Below are positions 9,134 to 18,162 of a stretch of 64,000 nucleotides of DNA, in pieces (the first letter of the stretch is position 1; each line of letters begins with the position of its first letter). This stretch comes from a virus. Taxonomy: Duplodnaviria; Caudoviricetes. The notes under the pieces are model-generated. The model made no database searches and was not told where the DNA came from. It worked only from the letters and a program-made list of their open reading frames with translations. The DNA lies in IMG/VR virus record IMGVR_UViG_2851188095_000001, positions 2,846 to 66,845 of that record; one strand, given 5' to 3'. Made by a program: the position numbers and the translations under genes.

Positions 9134-10909
9134 CTATTTAATCTGTACCATTTGACGCGCAAGAGACAATGCGAGTCCGTCGATTACCTTCGGATCGTTC
9201 AAATCTCCACCAGCCGCATTTACCACGAATGTATTACCAGAGACATTGACGCTCCCGCCGGAACCGCCGCCCCCTTCGCGATTCTCTGTTGCAGTCATTA
9301 CACGCTCGCCTTTGTGTAACTTGGTAACAAGTCCGTCGCGTGGCACGTAGTCGATGCCGTGGTACGCCTCTTCGTCCGGTTTAGTAAAGTAATCTACCAT
9401 CCAGTTTCCGGATTTCTGCGCATAATCAATCACGGGCATGCCCGACAGAATTGCGTTCCCAAGCGGATTCTCAGACAATCCGCTACGGATTCCCTCGGAT
9501 ACACCTGCCATAAGTTGTATCCCGATTGTGATCCCGGCTTTAGCGATATCTGGAGCGTTATCTTCGATCATTTTCGTGAAATCGCTCGCGATAGTAGCCG
9601 CGCCGTTCTGTATCATTTGCCTACCACTCGTGTTATACCAGTCCTCGAATTTACCGGTCAGATTATCCCAAAACGGAGGCGGCCCACTAGGCTGATCGAG
9701 CATCTCCGTTTGCTTAAACTTAAGCTCCGCTTGTCCCGTTACCTGCCACGTTTTCGGATCGTTCAGATACGGGCTAATGAAATCTTGGATTCCCTTCCCG
9801 ATATCTTCGAAAGTAGCCGTAATCGCTGGACCATATTGCTCCGCGATGTCTGCGAACATCAACGCAAGGTCCTTAATAACCGGAAGCAACGGCTGCAACG
9901 CGGAAATCTGTATCGTCTCAATCGCGCCGCCCAACTGCTCCATCGCGCCTTTCGCGTTATCCATCTTTTTCTTCGCGACATCCAGCGCAGTCACTTTCGA
10001 CATCTCCTGCTGGAACTCCTTAACGCCTTCCGCGCCCTCATGGTACAGGATCGTAGCCGCACGAATCGCGTCCGAGCCGAACATCGTTTCCAGCGCAAGC
10101 ATACGTTGCTGATCCGTCATCTTACCGAGTGATTTTTGGAGGATTCCGGAGATTTGGTCGAGTGATTTCAGCTTTCCGCGCGAATCGTAGAAAAGGTTCG
10201 TGTTATTCTTCGTTAGGATGCCGAGTCTCTTAAACAGCGCGATTTGGTCTTCGGTCGTCGGCTGCAAATTCGATAGCATCGTTTTCAACGACGTACCTGC
10301 GTCGGAGCCCTTGAGTCCGTTATTCGCGAACAAGCCGAGCGCCGTATTCGTATCCTTGAACGTCATCCCCACGCCAGCCGCAACCGCAGACACCGCGGAA
10401 AGTGAGTAGCGCAAGTCCATTACGCCAGTTGCGGAAGCATTCGCCGTCCCAGCGAGAATGTTCGAAGCCTGTTCCGCCGTCAATGCGTCGCGCTTGTAGG
10501 CGTTAAGCGCGGTCGACATGATTTCGGCTGCGTCCGCTAATTCGATACCGCCCGCTGTTGCGAGGTTCAGCGCGTTTTCGAGTCCGCCTGCTTCGACTGC
10601 TGCCGGAGTCAAGCCCGCTTTGAGTAACTCTTCGATCCCTTGCGCGGCTTCCAACGCGGAGTATTTCGTATTCGCGCCCATTTTCATCGCGAGATCGCTC
10701 ATCCGCTTCATCTCGTCGTTACTTGCGCCAGTTAGCGCCTGAATCGTAGACATTTGCGCTTCGTAATCCATCGCCTTGTTAACGGACGAGAGTGCAAACG
10801 CGGTAGTCCCGGCAACCGCCGCAAGCCCGCCGAGACCTCCGATAAACCTACGTAAAGGACCGGAAGCGTTATCGACCAACCGCAGCCGCGCCATGAGGTC
10901 AAAAGCCAT
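9134..10909 (-). CDS. Tail tape measure protein (TP901 type)
   Basis: TKYSALEAAQG, GSDAGTSLK, FGSDA; C-terminal HGIDYVP..LHKGERV. Confidence 0.92.
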   Translation of the reverse strand: MAFDLMARLRLVDNASGPLRRFIGGLGGLAAVAGTTAFALSSVNKAMDYEAQMSTIQALTGASNDEMKRMSDLAMKMGANTKYSALEAAQGIEELLKAGLTPAAVEAGGLENALNLATAGGIELADAAEIMSTALNAYKRDALTAEQASNILAGTANASATGVMDLRYSLSAVSAVAAGVGMTFKDTNTALGLFANNGLKGSDAGTSLKTMLSNLQPTTEDQIALFKRLGILTKNNTNLFYDSRGKLKSLDQISGILQKSLGKMTDQQRMLALETMFGSDAIRAATILYHEGAEGVKEFQQEMSKVTALDVAKKKMDNAKGAMEQLGGAIETIQISALQPLLPVIKDLALMFADIAEQYGPAITATFEDIGKGIQDFISPYLNDPKTWQVTGQAELKFKQTEMLDQPSGPPPFWDNLTGKFEDWYNTSGRQMIQNGAATIASDFTKMIEDNAPDIAKAGITIGIQLMAGVSEGIRSGLSENPLGNAILSGMPVIDYAQKSGNWMVDYFTKPDEEAYHGIDYVPRDGLVTKLHKGERVMTATENREGGGGSGGSVNVSGNTFVVNAAGGDLNDPKVIDGLALSLARQMVQIK

Positions 10910-10912
10910 ACG

Positions 10913-11119
10913 CTACCTCCGCCTAAATTTTCTTTTCGTTAGCGGAAACGCCGGATCAGTCGGTTGATTCCGCTCATCTTCGATCACCACCGTCATACTC
11001 GCGTACATCAATCGTCGCGAACCGTCAGGTGCGTTATATACTTCGTGCGGCATGCGGCCAGTCCGTTGAAAAATTTCGTGGAGTAGATACGCCTCGCCGC
11101 CGCCGCGAATTAGTTTTTT
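10913..11119 (-). CDS. -1 frameshift extension of tail assembly chaperone (gpGT-like)
   Basis: A-AAA-AAC slippery site at 11119-11113 before TAA; -1 frame open (KLIRGGGEAYLLHEIF...FRRR*). Confidence 0.8.
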   Translation of the reverse strand, partial: KKLIRGGGEAYLLHEIFQRTGRMPHEVYNAPDGSRRLMYASMTVVIEDERNQPTDPAFPLTKRKFRRR

Positions 11120-11496
11120 AGATCGTCGTAGCTAACGCCAAATCCGGAGACCTCGTTAATCGCAACTACCAACTTTGAGATTTCTCCTGGAAGGAGGCGT
11201 TTCGTTACGGCATCGTGCGCGGTACTGACGCCAAGTCCCGCAAGCAACGCCGGATCATTCCACGCAGGAACTACGCAACTGTTCGCAATTAGAAGAGATT
11301 GGAGTTTCTCTTCGTCCAACTGCTCGCCCCCGCCTTTGACCGGATACATCGCCTGCTCAAGCAAGCGTCTGCGCTCTTTTTCATCCAACGCTCGTACACG
11401 AAACACTGCCCCTTCTCCAAACCTACGCATAGGTACGTCTTTCTCCGGTTTGAACTCCGTATCGAGCAACGCTTGTAGCAAGTTAAATTCCGCCAT
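11110..11496 (-). CDS. Tail assembly chaperone XkdN-like
   Basis: LLPGEI...VSGF motif; between tube and TMP. Confidence 0.85.
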   Translation of the reverse strand: MAEFNLLQALLDTEFKPEKDVPMRRFGEGAVFRVRALDEKERRRLLEQAMYPVKGGGEQLDEEKLQSLLIANSCVVPAWNDPALLAGLGVSTAHDAVTKRLLPGEISKLVVAINEVSGFGVSYDDLKN

Positions 11497-11558
11497 CTAT
11501 TAATCATCCTCCATAGGTTGTTTTCGAAATGAAAAGGACGACCGAAGTCGTCCCGAGA

Positions 11559-11993
11559 TTAGTTCGCTGTGATTGGATCAAGCCATTCGACGCCGTCAAA
11601 AAGAAACGGCCATTCTTCTTCGACAAGTGAGCCATGCTCAAACTTCATGATGGTGACCTTCGTGAACTGTACGTTTTTCAAGCGTACCCGTTCATGCCCG
11701 TGCGCTTCCGGATCGTCCAGTTTCATAATGAGTTCGCACACGAATGCGCCACGACTGTTATCGAATACCTGCGCTACCTCTCGCGCCAGTTCAGACGTAA
11801 CCTTGTATCCGGAAATATTGCCGTTGTACTCGATACCTACGACTTTGTTTCCGTCAACGCGATTACCGGAACGTTTTACCTTTTCGTACTGGATATCGGC
11901 TGTAGCCTCACCTGTATGGAAATTACTGAGCCAACGCCCATCCTTCCAAATCTCGCCAAACTTACCGCTTACTACGCGTGTGGAATCCAACAT
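11559..11993 (-). CDS. Tail tube protein XkdM-like
   Basis: SGKFGEIW, YKVTS, KLDDPEA, EEEWPF. Confidence 0.9.
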   Translation of the reverse strand: MLDSTRVVSGKFGEIWKDGRWLSNFHTGEATADIQYEKVKRSGNRVDGNKVVGIEYNGNISGYKVTSELAREVAQVFDNSRGAFVCELIMKLDDPEAHGHERVRLKNVQFTKVTIMKFEHGSLVEEEWPFLFDGVEWLDPITAN

Positions 11994-12010
11994 CTATCTA
12001 CTCACCACCC

Positions 12011-13054
12011 TTAAACGTTGATTGTCAGGAAAATCCGCTCGATGCTGTCGACGTGCGCGAACGAAATCAGCAGGTACACCGAATCGCCAACGGACGCGTT
12101 TTCGGGATCAAGCGTAACCACTGGATTCATCAGCACGTTTGAACGCTCCAACGATTCCAAGTACGCCTTGATCGCGGAGATAAGCGCCGCCTGTCCGTCT
12201 GGATTGTTGTCGATCTTGCCGATGTACGCGTCTGCTGCTGTCGTTGTGATGTCGGTCGCAATCGCTTGGCGCGCACGAATCACGCGAATTTTCTTACCGG
12301 ACGTCATCAGTCCTTGCACGACTTTGACCTTTTGTCCGTCGTTAACGAGAATGAGCGATCCCGCCGTAAGTGCTGCGCGAATCTGCGTCGGTGTCAGACG
12401 TTTGTTTACGTCATCAAGTGCGACTTGTGCGAACGTAATCGACTTGTTGACCGCAGTACCTGCGATAAGTCCCGCAATGTACGGCGCGTACCCTGCGGAC
12501 GTGTACGAGGTCCCGCTCAACTTTCCGCCAACAATCAAGTTCGCTACGTAATCGTGTTTTAATCGCGTAGTCCGCGCGTTGCCTACCGCTGGGTCTGCGT
12601 CCTCTTCCGCAGTGCCTCCGAATACGACTGCGAAATGCTTGCCCTCCGTACGATTGCGTTCGACCCACGCTTTAGTCAGGTCTTGCTCGGACGCGACCGC
12701 TTCCTGATCGAAGACGAAAACGTTGAACATACGGGAGTCGAAGGCATCGCGCATATCTACGTAATCGGTCGGTGCTGGCGTTGCAGGCATCGTATAAACG
12801 AGTACCTCTTTCGCACCGCCCATAAGGGCAAGCCGGATGGACGCGATATTCGCTGCGCCGAACAAGTCCTGCGCCTCTTTTTCTTTGCTCACCGTGTAAA
12901 ACTGCTTGGCTGTTGCAGTTGCTCCGTATTTCAACAACGGAATCGCAACCGTACCTCGCACGCCGCCTTTGATAGCTGCCTCGGCTACTTCTTTAAAAAT
13001 TGCGTATAGACCGGGTTCAATCGGTAGATCTGTTGGGTCCCATGTTCCTGCCAC
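12011..13054 (-). CDS. Tail sheath protein XkdK-like
   Basis: PGLY, YIAGLIAG, KIRV, YIGKIDN, DSIERIFLTI. Confidence 0.9.
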   Translation of the reverse strand: MAGTWDPTDLPIEPGLYAIFKEVAEAAIKGGVRGTVAIPLLKYGATATAKQFYTVSKEKEAQDLFGAANIASIRLALMGGAKEVLVYTMPATPAPTDYVDMRDAFDSRMFNVFVFDQEAVASEQDLTKAWVERNRTEGKHFAVVFGGTAEEDADPAVGNARTTRLKHDYVANLIVGGKLSGTSYTSAGYAPYIAGLIAGTAVNKSITFAQVALDDVNKRLTPTQIRAALTAGSLILVNDGQKVKVVQGLMTSGKKIRVIRARQAIATDITTTAADAYIGKIDNNPDGQAALISAIKAYLESLERSNVLMNPVVTLDPENASVGDSVYLLISFAHVDSIERIFLTINV

Positions 13055-13096
13055 CTACAAATCACTCCTCTTCTGCAAAATAAAAAGGCCGGGTTT

Positions 13097-13555
13097 TCAC
13101 CCGACCGGAATCCGCAGTTCATAGCGCGGATACACGTGCATAATCTTGTCGTATTGTTCTTGCGTCCTCACCTCGCGTACCTCGGTCTGTAGCACGCCAA
13201 TACACGCCCACAGTCCGCTCTCCGTCCGAAACGACATCGCGAATTTGAATCCGTCCGTACGGATATACCGGAGGCTCCCCGCAATCGGAATCAACGTTGT
13301 CCCGCCCATCACCTTGCGCGCGATAGCATCCATCTTCGTCAACACGGATGGAGAGTCAACTCCGTACGCAACGACTTGGTACGCGCGATCAATGCGATAG
13401 TGGTACCCCGTCTCCGACTCGTAGTCGTTCGCCGTCATTCGTATAACAAGCGTATCCTTCGTTGACTGCGATGGGACTTCGTATTTCAATTGCGCGCCAG
13501 ATACGACGGACTTGACGAAGGTGCCAACGGACGTGAGCTCGTTCATTATTGTCAT
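13097..13555 (-). CDS. Tail terminator/completion protein
   Basis: Synteny before sheath; size. Confidence 0.6.
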   Translation of the reverse strand: MTIMNELTSVGTFVKSVVSGAQLKYEVPSQSTKDTLVIRMTANDYESETGYHYRIDRAYQVVAYGVDSPSVLTKMDAIARKVMGGTTLIPIAGSLRYIRTDGFKFAMSFRTESGLWACIGVLQTEVREVRTQEQYDKIMHVYPRYELRIPVG

Positions 13556-13561
13556 TTTACG

Positions 13562-14041
13562 TCACCTCACTCGGAAGCCTTGCGCACGCATCTCAGCTTT
13601 GATTTCGTCCTCAACCATACGCAACCATCGCGCTCGATTCTCCTCTGCGGGCTGATCGATAAACCGCGGAATCGTGCCAGGAGTCGTCGGATTCTGAAAA
13701 GAGTCTCCGTGACTTTCCGGATAGATGTTGTGCAGATAGTACGCGTAATCAAAGCGCCCTTGCGATGTCATTTCGACCGCAGACGCTTGGATTTCTCCGT
13801 TAACACCGAGTCCCTGCCCTGATACGCTCGTTGTGATACCGCGCCGTAGCGTGCCCTTATCCAATGGCGCAACGTTCGTCGACTCGCGCTTCCACTCGTC
13901 CATTGCGTCATGCATTCCGCGGCGCGCACCCTTCGCCATCGCGTTCGTCAGTTTGCGCCTGTATGCGGGTAGTAACGAAGCCATCCGCTGACCGGTCGTT
14001 CGTAATCCGGCTATGTCGATCTCGAGTCCATTCTGCGCCAC
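13562..14041 (-). CDS. HK97 gp10-like tail completion protein
   Basis: APLDKGTLRRGI, YAYYLH. Confidence 0.8.
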   Translation of the reverse strand: MAQNGLEIDIAGLRTTGQRMASLLPAYRRKLTNAMAKGARRGMHDAMDEWKRESTNVAPLDKGTLRRGITTSVSGQGLGVNGEIQASAVEMTSQGRFDYAYYLHNIYPESHGDSFQNPTTPGTIPRFIDQPAEENRARWLRMVEDEIKAEMRAQGFRVR

Positions 14042-14068
14042 TGGCTTCGCCTCCTCGCGTATTCACAC

Positions 14069-14434
14069 TCATACGTCTACAACCGTTATCAACGACTTTC
14101 CGTCAAGCCACGGTTTCACTGCGATATTCAACGGCCTGTAATCGATTTTGTTTCCGTTATCGTCTGTGTACGTGAGCTTATCGTCATATGTCAGATTCGG
14201 GTGCTTGTCGAAAATAAACGCGCCGACCGAAACGACTTCCTGTGCGGTAATACCGTGGACGCCGCCCGTTCCCGTAGCCGACCGGACGAGTTTCGTTCCT
14301 TGTGAGAACCGGCATTTCAACGTGAATGGATCGCCAGTAATCGGACGGTCCCACTCGTCCGTCATCGGATTGCCATCGGCATCGCGTAAGACTGGCGTAA
14401 CGATTACGCGTTGTTTCAACGGTATAATCGCCAT
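14069..14434 (-). CDS. Head-tail joining protein
   Basis: DEWDRP motif; synteny; likely start MAIIPLKQ. Confidence 0.6.
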   Translation of the reverse strand: MAIIPLKQRVIVTPVLRDADGNPMTDEWDRPITGDPFTLKCRFSQGTKLVRSATGTGGVHGITAQEVVSVGAFIFDKHPNLTYDDKLTYTDDNGNKIDYRPLNIAVKPWLDGKSLITVVDV

Positions 14435-14829
14435 TACATCACGCTCCATCCTACACGTCGTTTCGCTGGCTTCGGCAAGTCATCATTTGCGGAGTCTTCC
14501 GCGATCAGGTCGATTGCCGTTTGCGGAATCAAGTCCGCAAGTTCCTTCGGTCCGTAACGGAACGTAAAGGAAGCCACGCTGGACAGCGAGAACGCCTGGA
14601 CACCCTGTTGCGCCAGCTTATTCGTATCGTTAAACGCGGTCGCGAACGCCACGGCCGTTTCGTATACAGCCGCATCAGGAATCGTATACTTCGGGAACTT
14701 TTTCGTAAGCGTGCGAGAGGCGACGTTTAACAATCGTGTTTTACTCGCTTCGTCCGCGTCCGTCCAGTCTTCGGTAACGATTACCCATTGCGCGATGTAT
14801 GCGTCAGCTTCCGTAATGCTTACCGCCAT
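14434..14829 (-). CDS. Head-tail connector/adaptor
   Basis: SITEADAYI N-terminus; follows capsid genes. Confidence 0.65.
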   Translation of the reverse strand: MAVSITEADAYIAQWVIVTEDWTDADEASKTRLLNVASRTLTKKFPKYTIPDAAVYETAVAFATAFNDTNKLAQQGVQAFSLSSVASFTFRYGPKELADLIPQTAIDLIAEDSANDDLPKPAKRRVGWSVM

Positions 14830-14845
14830 ATGCGATCACCTCCGT

Positions 14846-15067
14846 TTATTTTGCGGAGGATTTGCGCGCTGACTTGGCGGCAATTTCGGGCTCCTCCGCT
14901 TTGGGTTCGGGTCTCTCCGGCTCATCAACGCGTTCTGCGTCAACAAGCGCATCAAGTACCGCGATTTCTTTCGGGTCTTCCGTTACGTATCGGCCGCCAT
15001 TGAATTGGCGCCGAACTCCGTCCACATAAAAGCCAAGTTCTAGGAAACGGGATGTATACTCAGCCAC
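14846..15067 (-). CDS. Small head-associated hypothetical protein
   Basis: RBS; FNGGRYVTED motif; follows MCP. Confidence 0.6.
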   Translation of the reverse strand: MAEYTSRFLELGFYVDGVRRQFNGGRYVTEDPKEIAVLDALVDAERVDEPERPEPKAEEPEIAAKSARKSSAK

Positions 15068-15124
15068 TTTCTCACCTCGCGAAAAAGCCCGTAATCACAA
15101 GACTACGGGCAGAATTTGTATTGA

Positions 15125-16213
15125 TTAGGACAGTCCTTTTAAACGACCGTGCGCCTTCTCTTGACGGAACTCCAACGTGTACTCACCCACGATCATGCCA
15201 GTTGTGTAGTCACCTTTCTGACCGAGGAAGGTATGCCCGAAATCACGCGAATTCAACGGTTTAATCGCCATACGGTTCGCGTCAACTAGGAACAACTCAT
15301 CACCAGCCACGTTGTTGTTCAAGACAATCTCAAATTGACCGAAGTCAGTTACGATCATGTCAACTTTTTGACCACGGGTATTTTCCGCGCGAGTCAATTG
15401 GATCTTATTGGAGTCCGTCGCGCTCAACGCCATCTTTTGTTTAGCGCCAACGATGATTTTGTAGTCTCCGCCAGTTGCGAACCCGCCCTTGTCGTAGATT
15501 TTTTGGGCAAGCGTATTGATTTTGACTGTGTCTACCGCGCCGCCTGCGCTATCTACGTTTGTTACGATCAAAGAACGGATACCCGCCATCTGACGCACTT
15601 GACCATTTTCGTATTTCACACCGTTGATCAGCGCCTTTTCAAGTTGCAACGCAAGTTCTAGTTGTTTCTTTTGCTTCTCGTATTCGTACAGATCGTCAAT
15701 TCCATACTGAGTTACAGCCTGTGCAGTGCCAGAAATTTCGATAGAGTCGTCGAAGATTTGCGTCAGATTGGACTTTCGGCTACGCGCTTTGTAGCGTGCA
15801 GAACGAGCATCCGCGCCTTCTGTACCCTCAACGAACATTACTTCGATTTTGGCACCATCGGCAATCGCCGCGGCAGTTGTACCAGCGTAACCACGAGATA
15901 CGGTCAACGTCTTTGTTCCGGCGTTCACCGCAGTTACGAGCAAGAGCTCCTCTCCAATCTTAACGACTTGACTAGCACGGAAAGGCTCTGCATCCGCTAC
16001 TACGACAGCAGTATCCGCGTTCGTCTTAGCGCCATTTACTGTAGATTCATCATTGAACATCTCATCCTCAAACCACACGTGCTCAACTTGCGATACCGGC
16101 TGAGAGAAACCGAGCATGTTAATCAACGGGGTTTGATGTGGGTTGAGCAACAAAATTTGATCAACTACCGATTCTCGTTTACCGATGAGTGAAGAGTTAT
16201 AGATTTTTGCCAT
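15125..16213 (-). CDS. Major capsid protein (DUF5309/SU10-like)
   Basis: HVWFED, EGADA, NLTQIF..ISGT, LEKALING, GMIVGEYTLE; flanked by terminators. Confidence 0.88.
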   Translation of the reverse strand: MAKIYNSSLIGKRESVVDQILLLNPHQTPLINMLGFSQPVSQVEHVWFEDEMFNDESTVNGAKTNADTAVVVADAEPFRASQVVKIGEELLLVTAVNAGTKTLTVSRGYAGTTAAAIADGAKIEVMFVEGTEGADARSARYKARSRKSNLTQIFDDSIEISGTAQAVTQYGIDDLYEYEKQKKQLELALQLEKALINGVKYENGQVRQMAGIRSLIVTNVDSAGGAVDTVKINTLAQKIYDKGGFATGGDYKIIVGAKQKMALSATDSNKIQLTRAENTRGQKVDMIVTDFGQFEIVLNNNVAGDELFLVDANRMAIKPLNSRDFGHTFLGQKGDYTTGMIVGEYTLEFRQEKAHGRLKGLS

Positions 16214-16274
16214 TAGCTAATTTCCCCCTAGTATCGTTATTGGAAATGAAAAAGACGACCCAAATTGAGCCGTC

Positions 16275-16973
16275 CTACTTACCGAGTTCACTTTTTAGTT
16301 GAGCGTAAGCCACACGATCCTCCATACGTCCTGATTTACGCGCCTTGTCCGCAGCTTCTTGTAATAGCTGCTCGGACGTTTTATGCGTATTCTCAGGTGC
16401 CGGATTAGACGGACCACCTACTGTTCTTGGTTGCGGTTTCTGACCGAGCAGGAACGGTTTATCTTGAACGAGTTTCGCAACGATCACGTCAACGCCGACG
16501 GGCTTACCGTCTTGTCCGATTTCTACCGCGGATAAATCGACTAGACGTAACGCATCGTCCGTATACGCAACGTTGGCACTCGTAGCAAGGCGAACAAATT
16601 CGTTCTCAATCTTCTCGCGTCGGACTTGCGCTCTCTCACGCTCCAAATCTGCGTGAAGTTGGTCGCGCTCCTCTTGCGCCTTTTTCGCCGCCTCTTCCGC
16701 ACGTTGCTGCGCGGTCATATCGGCAAGGCGTTTCTCTTCCGCAAGTTTCTCGTACTCTTCCGCTTTCTTCTTGATGTCGTCATAGTCCGCAAACTTGTCG
16801 TACTTTTTACGTTCGCGTGCGATACGCTCCGCTACGACCTTGTCGAGTTCCTCCTGCGTAAATGTCTTCGCTGGTTCTGGCGTAGGTTCCGCAGGCGGGT
16901 CAGTCGGTTCCGGATCAGCGTCGGAAAAATACTGTAGGTTTACGGGAAACAGCGTTTTGAATACGTTTGTCAT
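16275..16973 (-). CDS. Capsid scaffolding protein
   Basis: NLQYFS, KTFTQEELD, coiled coil, KPFL. Confidence 0.88.
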   Translation of the reverse strand: MTNVFKTLFPVNLQYFSDADPEPTDPPAEPTPEPAKTFTQEELDKVVAERIARERKKYDKFADYDDIKKKAEEYEKLAEEKRLADMTAQQRAEEAAKKAQEERDQLHADLERERAQVRREKIENEFVRLATSANVAYTDDALRLVDLSAVEIGQDGKPVGVDVIVAKLVQDKPFLLGQKPQPRTVGGPSNPAPENTHKTSEQLLQEAADKARKSGRMEDRVAYAQLKSELGK

Positions 16974-17056
16974 ACGTTACCTCCACGTTTTAGGTCCGCG
17001 TAGACCATAGATTCCGACCGTTTTACGTCAGCTCGTAGGACACGAAAAAGAACGCC

Positions 17057-17893
17057 CTAATCGGCGTCCGGTGGTTTGCGTATAGGTGATACAACGTGGC
17101 GGCAATTTGGATGAAAGATATCGCGACCACCGCGCAGGTTTCCGAGGTACGGATAAGGGCCGGGCGCATCAGCTACGAGTTTTACCGTTTTGCCTTCGTA
17201 CAAACGGCAGTTATCTTTCGCGCCATGACGCGATATAACGCCATATAGCGCATTTCGCGACACTGCCTCGTTTACTGTCGCTTCCATGTGCGCCTCCATC
17301 GTCTTCGTCCGTGTCACCATGTCAACGTAGACTTCCGGTTTCCACCTGTACCCTCTCGCATCAATGATTCCGGTATTTACGGAGTCGCCGAGTTTCTTCC
17401 GTAATCCATCGAGAATATCGCGGTTGATCGTACGCCGACCGTTAACTCCGCGAGTCATATTCGCACGCATGGATTCGGCGGTAATCTTACGGACGGCTGC
17501 GCGAACTCTACGCTCGACGTTCGCTGTGACCGCAAGTAAATCCGATTGGGTGTCCGCAATCACTGCGTCAACCATCGCCCTATTTATGCGGTTAAACTTC
17601 GCAATCTTGCGCGCCTCTTCGAACGTATCCGCGACTCCTAGCGCGTAAATTGCGCCTGCCACGCCGTCCGTTGCGGCAATTGGTAGATTGCGCGTTACCC
17701 ATTCGGAGGAAGTTTCGTTCAATTCCGTAAGGATGCGGACTACCTCCGCCAGTACCGCCGCTGCGTTTGCGCGCGACATATCGGTAAGGTCAAGGCGCTG
17801 GAGCTCCGCCGAAATCCGGTACATGGCGCGTGTGTATTCGGAGACAAGACGGCTGATTTCGTATTCGTAATCCGGACGTGGGACTTCGCGCAT
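17057..17893 (-). CDS. Phage minor capsid protein
   Basis: YVDMVTRT, ISRHGA..C, FHPNCRH. Confidence 0.85.
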   Translation of the reverse strand: MREVPRPDYEYEISRLVSEYTRAMYRISAELQRLDLTDMSRANAAAVLAEVVRILTELNETSSEWVTRNLPIAATDGVAGAIYALGVADTFEEARKIAKFNRINRAMVDAVIADTQSDLLAVTANVERRVRAAVRKITAESMRANMTRGVNGRRTINRDILDGLRKKLGDSVNTGIIDARGYRWKPEVYVDMVTRTKTMEAHMEATVNEAVSRNALYGVISRHGAKDNCRLYEGKTVKLVADAPGPYPYLGNLRGGRDIFHPNCRHVVSPIRKPPDAD

Positions 17894-18162
17894 TACGCGT
17901 CACCAACTTCCTCCGCAACACATGCGTATCTACTGACATGAAACATAGTCAATTCGTCTATAGCAGAATCTATCGTTACAGAACGGTGTGCGACCGACTC
18001 TACTCCGTTAACGAACAGTTGGTCGTAGCTACCATTGCCGTCCGAACTAATGAACAGGAGTAACGGAGGACGATCGAAAGTGACCGTAAACTTCCCGTCC
18101 TCCGTTTTCACAACGGCTTTTTCCGGCTGTCTATCGTCCACTACCGCTTTCTTATCAAGCAT
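17893..18162 (-). CDS. Hypothetical protein (89 aa)
   Basis: ATG at 18162 with GGAG RBS; the longer track ORF overlaps the portal. Confidence 0.55.
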   Translation of the reverse strand: MLDKKAVVDDRQPEKAVVKTEDGKFTVTFDRPPLLLFISSDGNGSYDQLFVNGVESVAHRSVTIDSAIDELTMFHVSRYACVAEEVGDA

